From Octopus vulgaris (lineage: Eukaryota), in contig OX597820.1 of NCBI GenBank assembly GCA_951406725.2, positions 62,496,001-62,560,000 on the forward strand: a stretch of 64,000 bases of DNA, given 5' to 3'. The translations under genes and the position numbers were made by a program. The notes under the pieces were generated by a model. It was not told where the DNA came from. It did no database searches and was given only the letters and a program-made list of their open reading frames with translations. Numbering within the stretch: the stretch's first letter is position 1; each line of letters starts with the position of its first letter. Shown piece by piece: positions 27,921-42,250 of this stretch.

Positions 27921-28109
27921 GAGGTTGTGCTATCTAGTTTGTCATTGATGGAAATATATTTCACAGTTGTACCGTGTAATTCTACAATATTGTGCTATTA
28001 TGCACCCCCTCCATACTGCAATAGCAAAGGCCCAACTATGCATTCATGTTATAATTTGATACATCTTTCCTAGAATAGGTTTAATATCAAAATAAATTCT
28101 CCTGTCGAA

Positions 28110-28520
28110 GAATACACACACACGCACACATACATAGATATTATACATATGTGCATATACATATATATATAGACGCACATGCGTATACAACATCATATAT
28201 ATATAAATATGCACATATATATATATATAAATATGCACATATATATATATATATGCATATATATATATATACAGATATACACACACACAAACGTGTATAT
28301 ATCTGTGTGAATGTTATATGTGAGGGTAAGTATAGAATGAGAGAACGCAATGAATGGGGACCCACATGTATGTATGTAGGTAGGTAGGCAGGTAGGTAGA
28401 TAAATAGACAGATATATATAATTAAAAAGATAGACAAGGATACTGATAGACAGACTGACAAACATACAAAAAAAAGATATTAGAGAGAAAGAAAGGGAGT
28501 AGAGGTTGAGAGAGAATAAC
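28110..28520. repeat. Compound simple-repeat field
   Basis: (TA)n, (CA)n and taggtagg/gata runs. Confidence 0.85.
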
Positions 28521-29459
28521 ATCGGTGCATAGGGGATAGTGAAGAATTTTGAAATAATAGATTTGTGGGAATTGTTATGTTATGGATAATGAATTCAAAT
28601 ACTTGCAATATTTTTCGAAGCGTTTCAACAAAGATTTTGAATTTACAAACGGAAGAGAAAAAAGGTACTCAATACATATAATTGAATTTATTAATATATA
28701 TTCATAGCTGAGCCATCCCTCCATCATTTCTCTCCATTTCCTTGATTTTGTTTAGAATAAATGAATATATACGTAGTTGCTTCAGGCAACCTTACAGAAA
28801 AAGCCCAGGGTTACGCAATATTTCTATAAAAATGTTAACACAGGTTAACAATCATAGTAGAGAAAAAAAGCTTCTATGAAGGCAGCATTAGCGTGAAATT
28901 ATTTTAATGGAAGTTTTGTAGGAAAAAAAAATGCCTTGCAATGTTATCAATAAGAATAGAATATATATATTTTTCTTTGACGTTTCTAATCCAACATTTA
29001 TATTTGTAATTTTGTTTCCATTCTTTCACTACAAACATCAGAAAAACTAGTATGGCATATTCTTGGAAGTCCATCGCGTGATACTTGCAAACTGAACTTC
29101 TGATGGAATAATTTTATGGCCATTAAAATTGAAATATTCCATTTCTTCTCTTTCGATGTTTGGCTTCAAGTGGGTGATAGAATATTTTATAATGAACTTA
29201 GATTGTTTTTAAGCTTTCTTCTTGATTTTCGCACCGTATATCTTTTGTTTCTTTTCATTTCTATGAGAGAGATCACCTCACTTCGCCACTCTCTTTTCCT
29301 GACATTATTTCCTTTTCATTTACCCACTTTTCCATTCTCTATTCTTTACCATCTTCCATTTTGTTATTCTCTGTTTGTTGTTTGATTTCTCCTTTACTTT
29401 AGTGATGTCAATAATATTTTCCGAAAATGATTTTTAACGAAATGTATACTTGCTTAGAC

Positions 29460-29595
29460 ATTCATACTTACATACTGATACAACCCATTATATATATACA
29501 CACGTATGTACATATATATACATATATACATACATAGTTACATATACACGCACATATATACACGCACAAATATATAAATATCAATATATATATAT

Positions 29596-29643
<48 letters not shown>

Positions 29644-29776
29644 TTACAGACAGATACATATCATATACAAACATATATTTGCTTATATACATACATATTA
29701 TATATATATATATCTGTATGTATATATACATACGCACATACGCACACAAACATATATATACATCTAATTATGTTTC

Positions 29777-29850
<74 letters not shown>

Positions 29851-30103
29851 GTTATAGATATTTATACATATATATATAATGTGTGTAGAAAGAGAGAGAG
29901 AGAGAGGGAGAGAAGAAGGAGAGAGGGAAATAAATAATGAGAAAGATTTCTGTTCGTAAGTATGAATGTGTTTCTTAATTTATACATTCATTTATGGTGT
30001 GTACGCAGAAAAATGTATTAGAAATCATAATTGTATCTCTCTATTTACCTATCTATCTATCTACTATCTATCTATTTCTATCTATCTTACCTATCTATCT
30101 ATA

Positions 30104-30134
<31 letters not shown>

Positions 30135-30210
30135 ATCTATCTATCTATCTATACTATCTATACATACACACAAACATATATCCATACGTATACATACACA
30201 CAAACATATA

Positions 30211-30274
<64 letters not shown>

Positions 30275-30329
30275 GTATATATATATGTATATATATATGT
30301 ATATATATATGTATATATATATGTATATA

Positions 30330-30369
<40 letters not shown>

Positions 30370-30612
30370 TGTATATATATATATATGTATATATATATAT
30401 GTACATACACTCATACATATACATATACCTGCATATATGCGTGTGCTTGCATTTCGGTGCAAGCATACGTGTATATTGAACCTTCTCATTGTGTATGTAT
30501 GTATGTATGTATGCATATCTATACATGCATAACATACACATATATACATGCATATATGCATATACATTCACAGCAAAAAGAAAAAAAGAGGGAGAAAGAG
30601 AGACAGCCGGAA

Positions 30613-30655
<43 letters not shown>

Positions 30656-30660
30656 GAGAA
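29460..30660. repeat. Compound (TA)n/(TCTA)n/(GA)n field including a 12-bp tgtatatatata unit
   Basis: Direct observation. Confidence 0.9.
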
Positions 30661-31439
30661 TCAAAGGCATTGATTCGCTTGAGGATTATTAGTGTCTTTG
30701 TATTTTGACAGAAATATTTTCATTATTTTCACTGTTCGTCGTCTGATGCAATGTATCAGCTCAAATATCTTCATCCACAATTTGTGGTGATCATTATGTT
30801 GTGTGTACAGTTTTATAGATAGGAAGTCTGTGGAAATACAGCACATGAGCCCGAGTCACAATAAATGTAAATTTTGTAATATTTGAAAAGTTCAATATGG
30901 ATCGTTAAAACAAGTCACTGGAATCATCCGTGTGCTATCATAAAAGAAGCTATGAGCTGGTACCTCAGCCGTGAGCGATATATTTATGCTAAAATGTATG
31001 TACAATAAATCGGTTGTACTTCTGCAAAACATTATATTTTAACAATTTTTTTAAAACAATGCCTAATGATATTTAATTATAAAAATATAATTGGATTTTT
31101 TAAATACATAACCTGACTACGATATCGTATTTAATTTCTTAAATATGATATATAATACGTAATTTATCTGTAAAAATGTATACATACATATGTGTGTGCA
31201 TGTACGTGTATGTGTATTAATGTATGCGCGCATGTGCGTGCGTATGTGTGTGTGTGTGCGCGTGTCTGTGTTTGTATAGGTGTGTGTAACGTTTTAGTGC
31301 TTATTTACTTTATACTAGGCAAGTTTCTAATTCTCTCATCTTTTATAGCATTAACATTGAGAGAACAATCGTAGCTCGCGCACAAACATCTAATTCAGTT
31401 GGATTTCTTTTTTACCCAATTTTTACGATCCATTTAGAG

Positions 31440-31680
31440 CAGTCATTCTCAACCATCTTTTAAAAACTTTGAACTCCTTTGATTCCTATTGTACTCGGGG
31501 TAGGGGTTCTACATAGTAATTCTATGTTTTAAACACATCATATATTTTTATAATTAAATATAATTAGGCATTGTTTAAAAAAGAATTTGAGAAGTATAAG
31601 CAATTTATTGTACATACTTTTTAGTAGCAAAATCTTATGTGGACCCTCCAATGGCCATATGGATCCCAGATGATTTAGAG
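31440..31680. mobile_element. Probable hAT-type MITE remnant
   Basis: Starts cagtcattctcaacc, typical of hAT/Charlie termini; the other end is degraded. Confidence 0.4.
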
Positions 31681-32251
31681 CGAAAGACAATGCTGCATAT
31701 ATTATGAAAACAGGTAAAATATACTTTTGGCAAAAACTCTGCCGGGCTGAACAATCAAGTCTCACCATTTTCTTTCGGTATCTACTATGTGTCCACTTTG
31801 ATATCTGACCTCGTTGGGTTATGAATTTAAGTTCTCATAAAATTAAATTCATGAGTAAAAGTACAAGGCTGTATAGGATTGACGGTTGGAACATATTGCA
31901 GCACCTCAGTAATCCTATTGTAATAAAGTCAAAAAATCAACCATTATTTATAATGATAGTGCCCTAAAATGATGAGAATTAGATGACTATAGATAATTTC
32001 TAACATGTTACGATACTTACATATACAAGCAAATGTTAGAAATGAAAAATGAACATTAACGTAGGATTCTGCCAACAACACATAATTTTCAAAGATCAGG
32101 TCAGTGGTATTAAAGGAAGAATATTTAACCTGGTGCCTAACATTGTTATCTCCGTGAAGCTTCGTCATCCTACAAGCAAACATAATGATACAGTTGAATA
32201 TCATGCCACTGTCACAAACAAACATAGATGATGCACTATCGTATGCTTCAA

Positions 32252-32880
32252 AAGGCGGTGAGCTGGCAGAAACGTTAGCACGCCGGGCGAAATGCGTAGC
32301 CGTATTTCGTCTGCCGCTGCGTTCTGAGTTCAAATTCCGCCGAAGTCAACTTTGACTTTCATCCTTTCGGGGTCGATAAATTAAGTACCATTTGCGTACT
32401 GTGGTCGATCTAATCGACTACCCACCTCCCAAATTGTTGGGCCTTGTGCCTAGAGTAGAAAAGAATATCATAAGGCGGCGAGCTGTCAGAAACGTTAGCA
32501 CGCCGGGCGAAATGCTTAGCGGTATTTCGTCTGCCGCTACGTTCTGAGTTCAAATTCCGCCGAGGTCGACTTTGCCTTTCAACCTTTCGGGGTCGATTAA
32601 ATAAGTACTAGTTACGCACTGGGGTCGATATAATCGATTTAACCCGTTGGTCTGTCCTTGTTTGTCTCTTCTGTGTTTAGCCCCTTGTGGGTAGTAAAGA
32701 AATAGGTATTTCGTCTGTCTTTACGTTCTGATTTCAAATTCCGCCGAGGTCGACTTTGCATTTCATACTTTCGGGGTCGATAAATTAAGTACCATTTGCG
32801 TTCTGATAGTGGATCTAATCGACTGGCCCCATTCCCTAAAATGTTGGTCCTTGTGCCTAGAGTAGAAAAGAATATCATAT
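32252..32880 (+). mobile_element. Head-to-tail cluster of three SINE family B copies
   Basis: Copies at about 32252, 32472 and a headless copy at 32705; first and third share the tail ccttgtgcctagagtagaaaagaatatcata. Confidence 0.92.
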
Positions 32881-33139
32881 GCTTTAAACTTCTCGTTCAA
32901 AGCTAAATGTAATGCGGAAATTTATAATTACTTTCTTCGATAAATGAGCTTTGGAGCATTATCCATTTTCAAGTCAAAGAAAAATATTCGATGAAAATAT
33001 ATTAAAGCTAAATTAAGATTATGCCAAAAATGTGAGAAAACTTAATTACATACTGGTCAAGGGAGTAAAACGATAGTGATGAAGTTCTGTAGAAAGAAAT
33101 TCATGCATAATTACTTCATACATATTTATTATAGCGGCT

Positions 33140-33400
33140 GTGTGATTTGTTCTTAAGCAAGATAGTTTATTTCACATTGCTCCAGTTAACTCAGCTATAG
33201 AAATGAGTTGTGTCGTCACTGGTGCCAAGCTATATCAGTCTTTGTCTTTCCCTTGGATAACATCGCTGGTATGCAGAGGGGAGGCTTGTATGCATAGATC
33301 ACTGCTGGTCTTCAATAAACATGCTTGCCCGTACTTGTGTCTCGGATGGTAAGTTTGTAGGTGAAATCCCATGATCGTTACTGACTGAAAGGGGATTTTT
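33140..33400 (+). mobile_element. SINE 3' fragment (family C-like)
   Basis: tgttcttaagcaagatag...atttcacattgctccagttaactcagct resembles the body of the copies at 4300 and 56460. Confidence 0.5.
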
Positions 33401-33739
33401 AACACACACACACACATACACACACATACCCCCACAAACATACACACACACACACACACACATACATACACACACACACAGGGTTGCTGTAGCAAATACA
33501 ATTTTCGGGACAATAGTTTATTGAGACGGAAGGTTGTGTATATCATACTTCGATACAAAAATATCCACTACCTCCAGTTTCAATAAACCACTATTGTTCC
33601 TGAAAGATGTTCTTTTTTCTATTTACTACGGATTGCTTGAAGCTTTCTTCCTCCACCTCGATCCTTGGATATTATATATATATATATATATAAATATATA
33701 TATATATATGAGTGTATGTGTCCGGTTTCAGCAAAGCCT

Positions 33740-34680
33740 GATCCATTAGAATTCTGTTCTCGTATGCCATCCACCTGTCTGTTGTAAGAAATTGTTGAAT
33801 TTAATTGTGTCGTCTCTGATATTGGCATTGATTTCCTCCCTATGTGACACTCGAGTTTCATGTCAAAGAACCCATCACTCAACACTAGATTTGTAGCTTT
33901 CAATCAGCGCACATTGTTGTGTGCTGACAGAGCTCATTCTCTGTCCCGTTCTCTTCTTCCGGCATGTCCCAGCTTTCGGATTTATCTCATGCAGTCTTCT
34001 TTTTATACACCAATGTTCTCCTTGCCATCGGATATAACTGTTATATTTTTTGTTTATTTACAAAGAATCGAGTAATAATCCAGATAGGAGTGTTGTCTGT
34101 GGTTCAATATACTTTTCTCGTTTACTCGCAAAGAAGGAAACACAGTGGTACTCCAGATATGTATGAAGTCTGTTTATTCCAACTGTAAAACACATCCTAA
34201 GTACTGGTATTTCTCTTCCGAGCAAAAAGATATTAGCAATAACTGAAGTTCCAAAAAAGCAAAAAAACACTTTAGACAGTGCAACTGTTGCAAGCATAGA
34301 TGTCCTAGATTGCATCTAGCAAAGGTCCACTCGACTAATTGGCATAAACCAGTCACAAAAGCCTGCAGTCCTCTCCTCATAGGTGTCTCCTTTCTCTGCC
34401 TGGGGTTGGCTGCAGTCATGTCGTTTCCACTTACGCACCCCTACCTTACATATCTCTCCTCCACCTACTATAATTTTGAGTCTAACCTTCGAAGTCACAT
34501 ACAAATCACGATGCTCATTCCGCTCTTCTCACAACACGGGCCCGCAAGTGTTCCCACCAGGGTTATATCATTCCAGGGTATTTTGACTTAATAATTTTTG
34601 AGAGGAGCATTGGTGGCGTCAATCTCAGGGCCTGAAAAACTGATAGACACCGCTTCTTCCACCATAAACGAACAAGTAAA
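33740..34680 (+). mobile_element. Heavily decayed CR1/Jockey-group LINE RT and thumb
   Basis: VVSDIGIDFLPM*HSSFMSK resembles ALDISKAFDRVWH..LLSK; VLDCI*QRSTRLIG resembles LDRIQKRAIRLI. Confidence 0.5.
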
Positions 34681-35419
34681 ATCTTTCTGTCTGCCTGTAT
34701 CTCTGCCTGTCTGCCTGTATCACAGTCACGTTAATCCAACGACATATATATGTACTTACGTACTTTACGTTGAAACATGTATGTATATTATAAATCAATG
34801 TAAGTATGTATGTGTATGCATTTATATATATATATGAGATATGACAAGAGATATGAAAAGACTCGTTTGCTAAATTACGATGGAAACAGAGAGGAAAGAA
34901 AACTACTTATCGCTTTCAGAAAAATCATACACAAATGCATACATGCATATGTACATACACGTGTCTCCTCGTCAGTATAATCTTGTATGTGTGTGTGAGT
35001 GTGTGTGTGTGTGTATGTGTGTGTGTGTGTATGCGTGTTTTCTTGTATGTGTATGCGTGCGTGTGTACGTATGTACATATTCGAAGCTGATGCTTCCCGG
35101 GAAGCTTCAGCTTTGAAGAAATGAATATAAAAATCTAAAGTGTATAAGTAAAACTTTGTAGATTATGTAAATGCATCCATCCATACGTACATAGATACAT
35201 AGTTAGAGCCATGCATAGTAACAATATTATGGACATATAACTTTTGTCGGTTTTTCAAAAGTCAAAATCTACCTGCCGGAAAATGTAATACGCTGAAAAG
35301 AAAATACCGCTAGAAAGACATGGTGATTAAACTCATGGATTATTTTGCATAAATGTCAATACTTTCAAAATAATATACGTTGAGTTGGAGCGTAACTTTG
35401 CGAGAAATATAGATACATA

Positions 35420-35906
35420 GATTGATTGATCTATAGATAAGAAGAAATTCACTTGCATGCATATATGCAGGTACCTGCAAAGATACATATACATACACAT
35501 GCACATACAAAGGGAAATAGATCGATAGAATAGCTTTAAACGCATGCACATATCTGTAGGAAAGTACGTATGGTTGCACGCATGTATGGTTGTATTTCTA
35601 TATATGTAGGTATATGTGTGTAGACGCAGATACGTACATACACACATACACACATACGCTCAAAGACACACACATGAATATATACTTATTATGTATGTAT
35701 ATATATACCTATATTTATATGCCTATATATGTGAATATATATATATATGTGTGTGTGTGGGCGTGTGTGTGTATGTGCATACACATGTCTGTGCGAGTAT
35801 ATATATGCATATATATGTATATATATATATATATATATACGCATATATATGAATATATATGTAGGTGTATGTATATATATATGTTTGTATATATTTTATA
35901 TTTTTT

Positions 35907-35950
<44 letters not shown>

Positions 35951-36080
35951 AGCACATAGACATATGTATATATATATGCATGCTCACACACACACACAGA
36001 CACACATATATAACACACCCACATACACATACACATACACACATGTATATGGAGGAATTTATATGCATAAATGTATAGTA
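35420..36080. repeat. Compound (TA)/(CA) field
   Basis: Direct observation. Confidence 0.85.
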
Positions 36081-36871
36081 AATGAAATGGAAGTTGTTAA
36101 AATATGCTGTAGTTTATCTTAAAACGTATTACGTTTGATGAAATCGACTTCAGAATATATTTCGAAATAATACACTTAAGGAAAGAAGCAACTGTGACAT
36201 ACATCATCACCCACAAGTAAATACATATACAATGTGTGTTTACACGACAACAGGTAATCCTTTCCTTAATCTGTTTAGCTTATCTAATCTTAGTTTTCAG
36301 CATAAGAGAGTCAGAGAGAAGGGACAATCATCGGAACACATTTCATACTATTCTAGATTGGTGACATGGATGTTCATTGTGAGCATATATAGGTGAAAGT
36401 TGTTTTTGATAATGTTGCTGTTTACTACAAGATCAGCGTTGATCGAGTAAAACTATCAAAATCATTCAAGCGTTAGATATTCCATTTACTATTCAAATAC
36501 AGTGTATCGGTAAAAAAGAACAAAACAAGGTAAGAACATGTCCTTTGTTTATTGAAATTGGCAGCGTGTGGTTTGAACGAGTTTGGGTTGCAATTTCTAC
36601 CGAATCAAGCGATGGCATAGCGGTAATTCTGTTTGCATAAACTGCAAATGTCTGAGCGATTCAGGTGTTTTACGAATCTTGGATGATCGATTCAGTTGTT
36701 GTACAAATCTTGGATGATCGGACTGGAAGAAATTACATAGTGAACGGTCAAAGAAAGATATCGATCAGTGTGCAGAAGATATCACATTAGCACAGCTAGC
36801 TCACATGACCAGGGTAGAGGCCATTGAAATAGACTCAAGAGAGAGGGAGAGAGAGAGAAGGGAGAGAGCGT

Positions 36872-36921
<50 letters not shown>

Positions 36922-36991
36922 TGCTCTCTATCTGTGAGTGATAGTCGTGATTTAATGATTAAATATTTAAAATTTAATAGCTCATCTCATT

Positions 36992-37576
36992 TCATTGAAT
37001 CCCGATAAGATTATTTGTGTATAAGAACAAGACGATGTTATATATGTTAGGAAAATTCCAATGAGGGGCATGGAATTTTGTAAAGGGTTCACAATAAATA
37101 AATTTCCGGTCCTGAAAAGTAGAACTAGAATAGGAATAATGTGGTACCGCAATTATGATGATCATCGGTGTTAGCAGTATTTCACATCTGTACCGAGTTT
37201 TAAGAGATCTAGCCGTTGTGTAGGGTGTGTCGATGTAGCATTGAGAGATTGGAATGTTAGCATACATATCTCTAACATTTGTATCATTTTTGCTGCTGTT
37301 GTAAGTTACACACAAATATTCGGCCGGCATATAATATGTTTCTATCGATATCGGGCACAGGTTAAACGATAACAATAGCAACTTTTTATTGATGCTGATA
37401 TCTATCGGCTCAAAATCAACTCTGACTGCAGAAATCTGATCAAAGATCATAGGTATGTTGATTATAACCTTCTCGTACTTTTTCCATATCTGCAACATCA
37501 TTACTAATAAAACGTTCCTTTTACAAAACATTATAATTGGTATTTGGAGAGAGGGTTGCAGGTTGACCGATGGCAT
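36992..37576 (-). pseudogene. Degenerate intronless class A (rhodopsin-like, peptide-receptor type) GPCR, TM1 to start of TM5
   Basis: 194-codon open frame: RNVLLVMM..KKYEKVIINI (GN..RTVTN), PISIETYY..EYLC, ISQCYI..P..ARSLKTR.R, IIIIAVP, ECL2 Cys, YNIVLF. Confidence 0.55.
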
Positions 37577-37680
37577 AGAAATTGTTTAAGTGGCAGGTAC
37601 CTTTTCCGGTAAAATAAATATAGGACATGTTAGTGGTGGAGAAAGCATTTAATTCCTAAAGGCTAGAGAGAGAGAGAGAG

Positions 37681-37733
<53 letters not shown>

Positions 37734-37892
37734 ACATTTAAGTGGTTACTTGTCTTCCACGAATTTGAAGCTAAATTACTCTACAGTCAAACTTCGTTTT
37801 AAAAATGTTGTGACACATTGGAAATTATATTTGTTCTCTGGTAACAACGGGAATAATTGTGGTTAGAATTATTTTGAGCATAGCTAAAAGTG

Positions 37893-38745
37893 CAAGCGTG
37901 ACTGCGTGGTAGGGAATTTTTTTTCCCAGTCTCATAGCTGTCGGTTCAGTCTCCGTGGGTGGAACTTTGAGCAAGGGTCTTCTACTATAGCCATGGCCGA
38001 CCAAAGGCTTGTGAGTGGATTTGTTAGACGGAAACTGAAGGAATCCCATCGGATATATATATGTGTCTGTATGTGTGTGTGTGTGTGTACTCATTACTCT
38101 TTACTCCTTTACTTGTTTCAGTCATTTGACTGTGGCCATGCTGGAGCACCGCATTTAGTCGAGCAAATCGAACCCAGCACTTATTCTTTGTAAGCCTAGT
38201 TAGTACTTATTCTATCGGTCTCTTTTGCCGAACCACTAAGTTACCGGGACGTAAACACACCAGCATCGATTGTCAAACGATGTTGGGTATACAAACACAG
38301 ACACACAAACATACACACACACATACATATATATATATACATATATATATACAACGGGCTTCTTTCAGTTTCCGTCTACCAAATCCACTCACAAGTTTTT
38401 GGTCGGCCCGAGGCTATAGTAGAAGACACTTGCCCAAGGTACCATGCAGTGGGACCGGAACCGGAACCATGTGGTTGGTAAGCAAGCTACTTACCACACA
38501 TACACTCCTACGCCTACGTGTGTGTGTGTGTGTACGTGTATGTTTGTGTGTGTAAGTGTGTGTGCCGCTTGAGAAAGCGTGTCGGTGTGTTTAGTTTCTG
38601 CAACTAAGCGATTCGGCAAAAAAACCCCAAAAAACAGAATAATTACTAGGCTTCAAAAAAATAAAAATGTACCGGAATCGATTCGCTCGAAAACAACCTT
38701 TGAAGACAGTGCCGCCAGTATGGAGGCAATGTAAAAATTGAAAGA
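37893..38745 (+). mobile_element. Older SINE family A copy split by an opposite-strand copy
   Basis: 5' half at 37893-38050, 3' half at about 38565-38745. Confidence 0.8.
38091..38517 (-). mobile_element. SINE family A, full length, nested
   Basis: Flanked by gtgtgtgtgtgtgtgtac at 38073-38090 and 38518-38535. Confidence 0.92.
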
Positions 38746-40439
38746 TATCAAAACGAAAAATGATGGTATCAGTGCTGATAACCTAAAGTTCGGGAACTCT
38801 CTGTAATAACTTACCTTTGCCAGCTACACTGCAATGGGTATGTTTCACCAGCAGCATTAAATGTTTTTAATATGCAGTTGTCATATAGTCAATAATACAG
38901 TTCTCTGTATTCCTATAGAGGTAAACTGCACCTTCTACTTCCACTACAGCAATAACTACCAAAAATATCATCCCACTTTTTATTTTTATCATCCCACACG
39001 TATTTTACAGTGAAAATTGTAAAATAGAAACAGTTAATTAATGAAATTTAAGCAGAAACACAACGATGACAGTATACGCAGGAAGAACAAATACGAAGAT
39101 CTACGATGAAAGAAGGCGTGTATAGATCTTGCATTCACAATTTATTTTGTGTCTCTTGTAGACTGACTTCGTATTATATCTGAAACAAAAATATATATGT
39201 AATACTGTTAAACGAATTGTTGTTTTGAACGTGTAAGCCAACAAACTTAATTTACTCATCTTTTTTTATACGAACAACTGTTCTGTATGGACAATAAGAC
39301 TGCTGACGGAACGCAAATGCTGCTGTTGATTTTATTATGTAAAGAAATGAAAAAAAAAAAAAAAAAGAAAATAGAACAAAATGAAAATCGAATGGGAAAA
39401 AGAGGAATCCATTGATATAGTTCATTCCTTCAGAGATATGATTTCATTGATAAAACGCTGGAGTCTGCCTTGCGTTGAAAATTTGGTTGCCCTGATTTTA
39501 TTATTAATATCATGGTGAATGTATTTTTTTAGTTTCGCTTTATTTTTACACACAAATGTTTGGTGTTCATTTTTTAACTTTTTCACCGTATTTGGTCAGT
39601 TGACTGCGGTCATGCTGAAGCACTGCCTACTAGAGGGTTTCCTTGTTTAGTGGTGTAATATTTCGAATCCTGTGTTAATTTTACTCGCACTGATAAGTTT
39701 TTTCTTCTTTTTTATCAAATGTATGTTTAGAGTATGTCGTGTTACCTTCGAAAGCCGAAGTGTGTAATGTGACGCACCGTTTTCTACAAGTATATTCCAA
39801 CACAAACAATTCCTTACTCGCATAGACATAAGCTATATATACATTTGTATATGTTTGTGCCTGTCTGTCTATGCATGTATGTATGAGACATAAGTATCAA
39901 GTTTATATTACAGTTCCTACGCGTGATTTGCCATTATGGTTGTTTGGAACATCAGGGTATACTTAATTGCGTTAACTCAGAGATAGTGGACATAGTTATC
40001 TGTAACTTAATGCAATGAAGTATTACTTGATTCTTTATGGTTGGGCGTCTAAATGCATTTGGAGCACATTTTGCTATGCTCCACTCAACTATAATGTTGA
40101 AGCGTGCATAGGAACTGTAATATAAACTTTTGCTTCTCCTTATTTCTGCTACAGTTCCTCTATAGCTATACTACACAGTATAGAAGATACTTAGCAGCCA
40201 CAGAAGCCGACTGGTTTATGAGAATCTACGCAGAGGTTTAAACACAACAATGGTCGTCACAAATCTATTTGTAGACACACTCAAACACACACACTAACAT
40301 GCACACGTGTGTGTATGTATATATATATATATATATACACATTTATGATATATTTATACATGTATGTATATATGTTTCTATGTATTTATGTATGCATATA
40401 TACATACACTAAAGATATGGCATATATTAAGGGATATAA

Positions 40440-40825
40440 AACATGCCTAGCCTGCTTTTTTTGTATTCCTTAACGTGTGCCATGGATTTTTCTGCCATTT
40501 TCCACTTGATTGTATGTGGCGCAGACTTGGTCTTGAAGCCCTATACCTGGCTAGCCAGGGTAGTGGCTTTACTAAAGTGGAATAATATTTCTATTTACAG
40601 ATTGCTAAGCTCAGCTATCTTCAATCCAACAATCCGAAATCAGGTTAGTAGCCAAAACGTTACACAGAAATATTAATATCAAAATCCCAGAGACCACTAT
40701 GGTACAATAAAGGGGTAATAAGAATACTGTAACAATGGTTTAAGAATTTAAAGGTTAAACTTAGTGCTAGATTTTAACAGCTGTATATTCTTGTCAACTC
40801 TAACGGAAACTGAAAGAAGCCCGTC

Positions 40826-40881
<56 letters not shown>

Positions 40882-41720
40882 GTATATATTTGTGTGTGTA
40901 TCTGTGTTTGTCCCTCCACCATCGCTTGTAAAAATCTTTACGTGCAATTTGAAGACCGTGAAAGTCTGCCATTATAATATTTTAAACTGCTTAGCCACAG
41001 GTTATTATATAAACTTAGTGGCCTTTTTTGCCTTTGGCTGTCACTTTTGCGTAATATACCATTTATTATGACATTTAACAATATCACATCACAACCGTTG
41101 GCTATGATATTTCATTATTGGATTGATATCCATATCATCATATATAAGTCACTTGGAATGAATTAGACACACGCAGTATCTTAAAATATACTTGACTAGC
41201 ATCCTGCACGTTTGAATCGATCTCGAGCCTCACATTTACAAAGCGAACGTATAACTAATCTAATATACTGCCTAAAATATTTTAAAGAAGGCTTAGTATT
41301 TGAGATCTTTCTACGCACACTAGCATTTCTAAGTATACCAAGGTATTCAGCTTGAAATAACATACAAGCTATTCTCCAATTTTTCTTCTACTCACGTTGA
41401 TGGCTTCTTGGCCTTACACTGTTCAGGACATAGTTTGTTTCATACAATTTATTCCCTCTGCATATCTCTGACATTTTGGCTAGAAATCTTCTTATTAAAT
41501 CCTTCTTAGGAACCAATCTAAATGTTTTGTTATCGTTTAGAATTTCGCTTAGGCTTTCAGGAGCCTCTTGCATATATTACTAATTAATTTCGCCTGCTTG
41601 TACAATAGCCGTTCAAAATGTTGCTGAAACCTGGGATATTGATACAAAACCAGACGATGTATAGTAATCGTGTTACATTTATACAAACGAATAAAGGACT
41701 GACGAAATAATTTTACGTTT
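40440..41720 (-). mobile_element. Fragmented Penelope-like element
   Basis: EILNDNKTFRLV...QAEYLGIL (RT N-terminal part, 41300-41600) and KATTLASQV*GFKTK...TIKWKM (endonuclease C-terminus, 40470-40580); SINE fragment at about 40800-40930. Confidence 0.45.
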
Positions 41721-41724
41721 CTTA

Positions 41725-41761
<37 letters not shown>

Positions 41762-41762
<1 letters not shown>

Positions 41763-42170
41763 GCAGGAGTGGCTGTGTGGTAAGTAGCTTGCTTACACCA
41801 ACCACATGGTTCCGGTTTAGTCCCACTGAGTGGCATCTTGGGAAAGTGTCTTCTACTATAGTCTCGAGCCGACCAAAGCCTTGTGAGTGGATTTTTGGTA
41901 GACAGAAACTGAAAGAAGCCCGTCGTATATATATATATATATATATATAAGTATGGGTGTATATGATTGTGTCTGTGTTTGCTCCCCCAACATCGCTTGA
42001 TAAAACCAATGCTAGTGTGTTTACGTCCGTAAATTAGCCGTTCGGCAAAAAGGAACAGATAAATAGGTACCAGGCTTACAAAGAATAACTCCTGGGCTCG
42101 ATTTGCTCGACTAAAGGCGGTGCTCCAGCATCGCCGCAGTCAAATGACTGAAACAAGTAAAAGAGAGAAA
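41762..42170 (+). mobile_element. SINE family A, full length
   Basis: Matches the copy at 51108. Confidence 0.92.
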
Positions 42171-42250
42171 AGAAAGAAAAAGACACAGAGTGATTGATAA
42201 CTCCTTAATTTAAAATACTTATAAATTATTTATTAATAGTAACATTTCTC

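Noticed and set aside
36673-36720. Short direct duplications (also at 43048, 46398 and 16576)
   Set aside because: Ordinary slippage duplications with no further structure
38809-39190. Minus-strand exon suggested by a donor (acttacct) and a distant acceptor
   Set aside because: No convincing reading frame or partner exons; such motifs occur by chance
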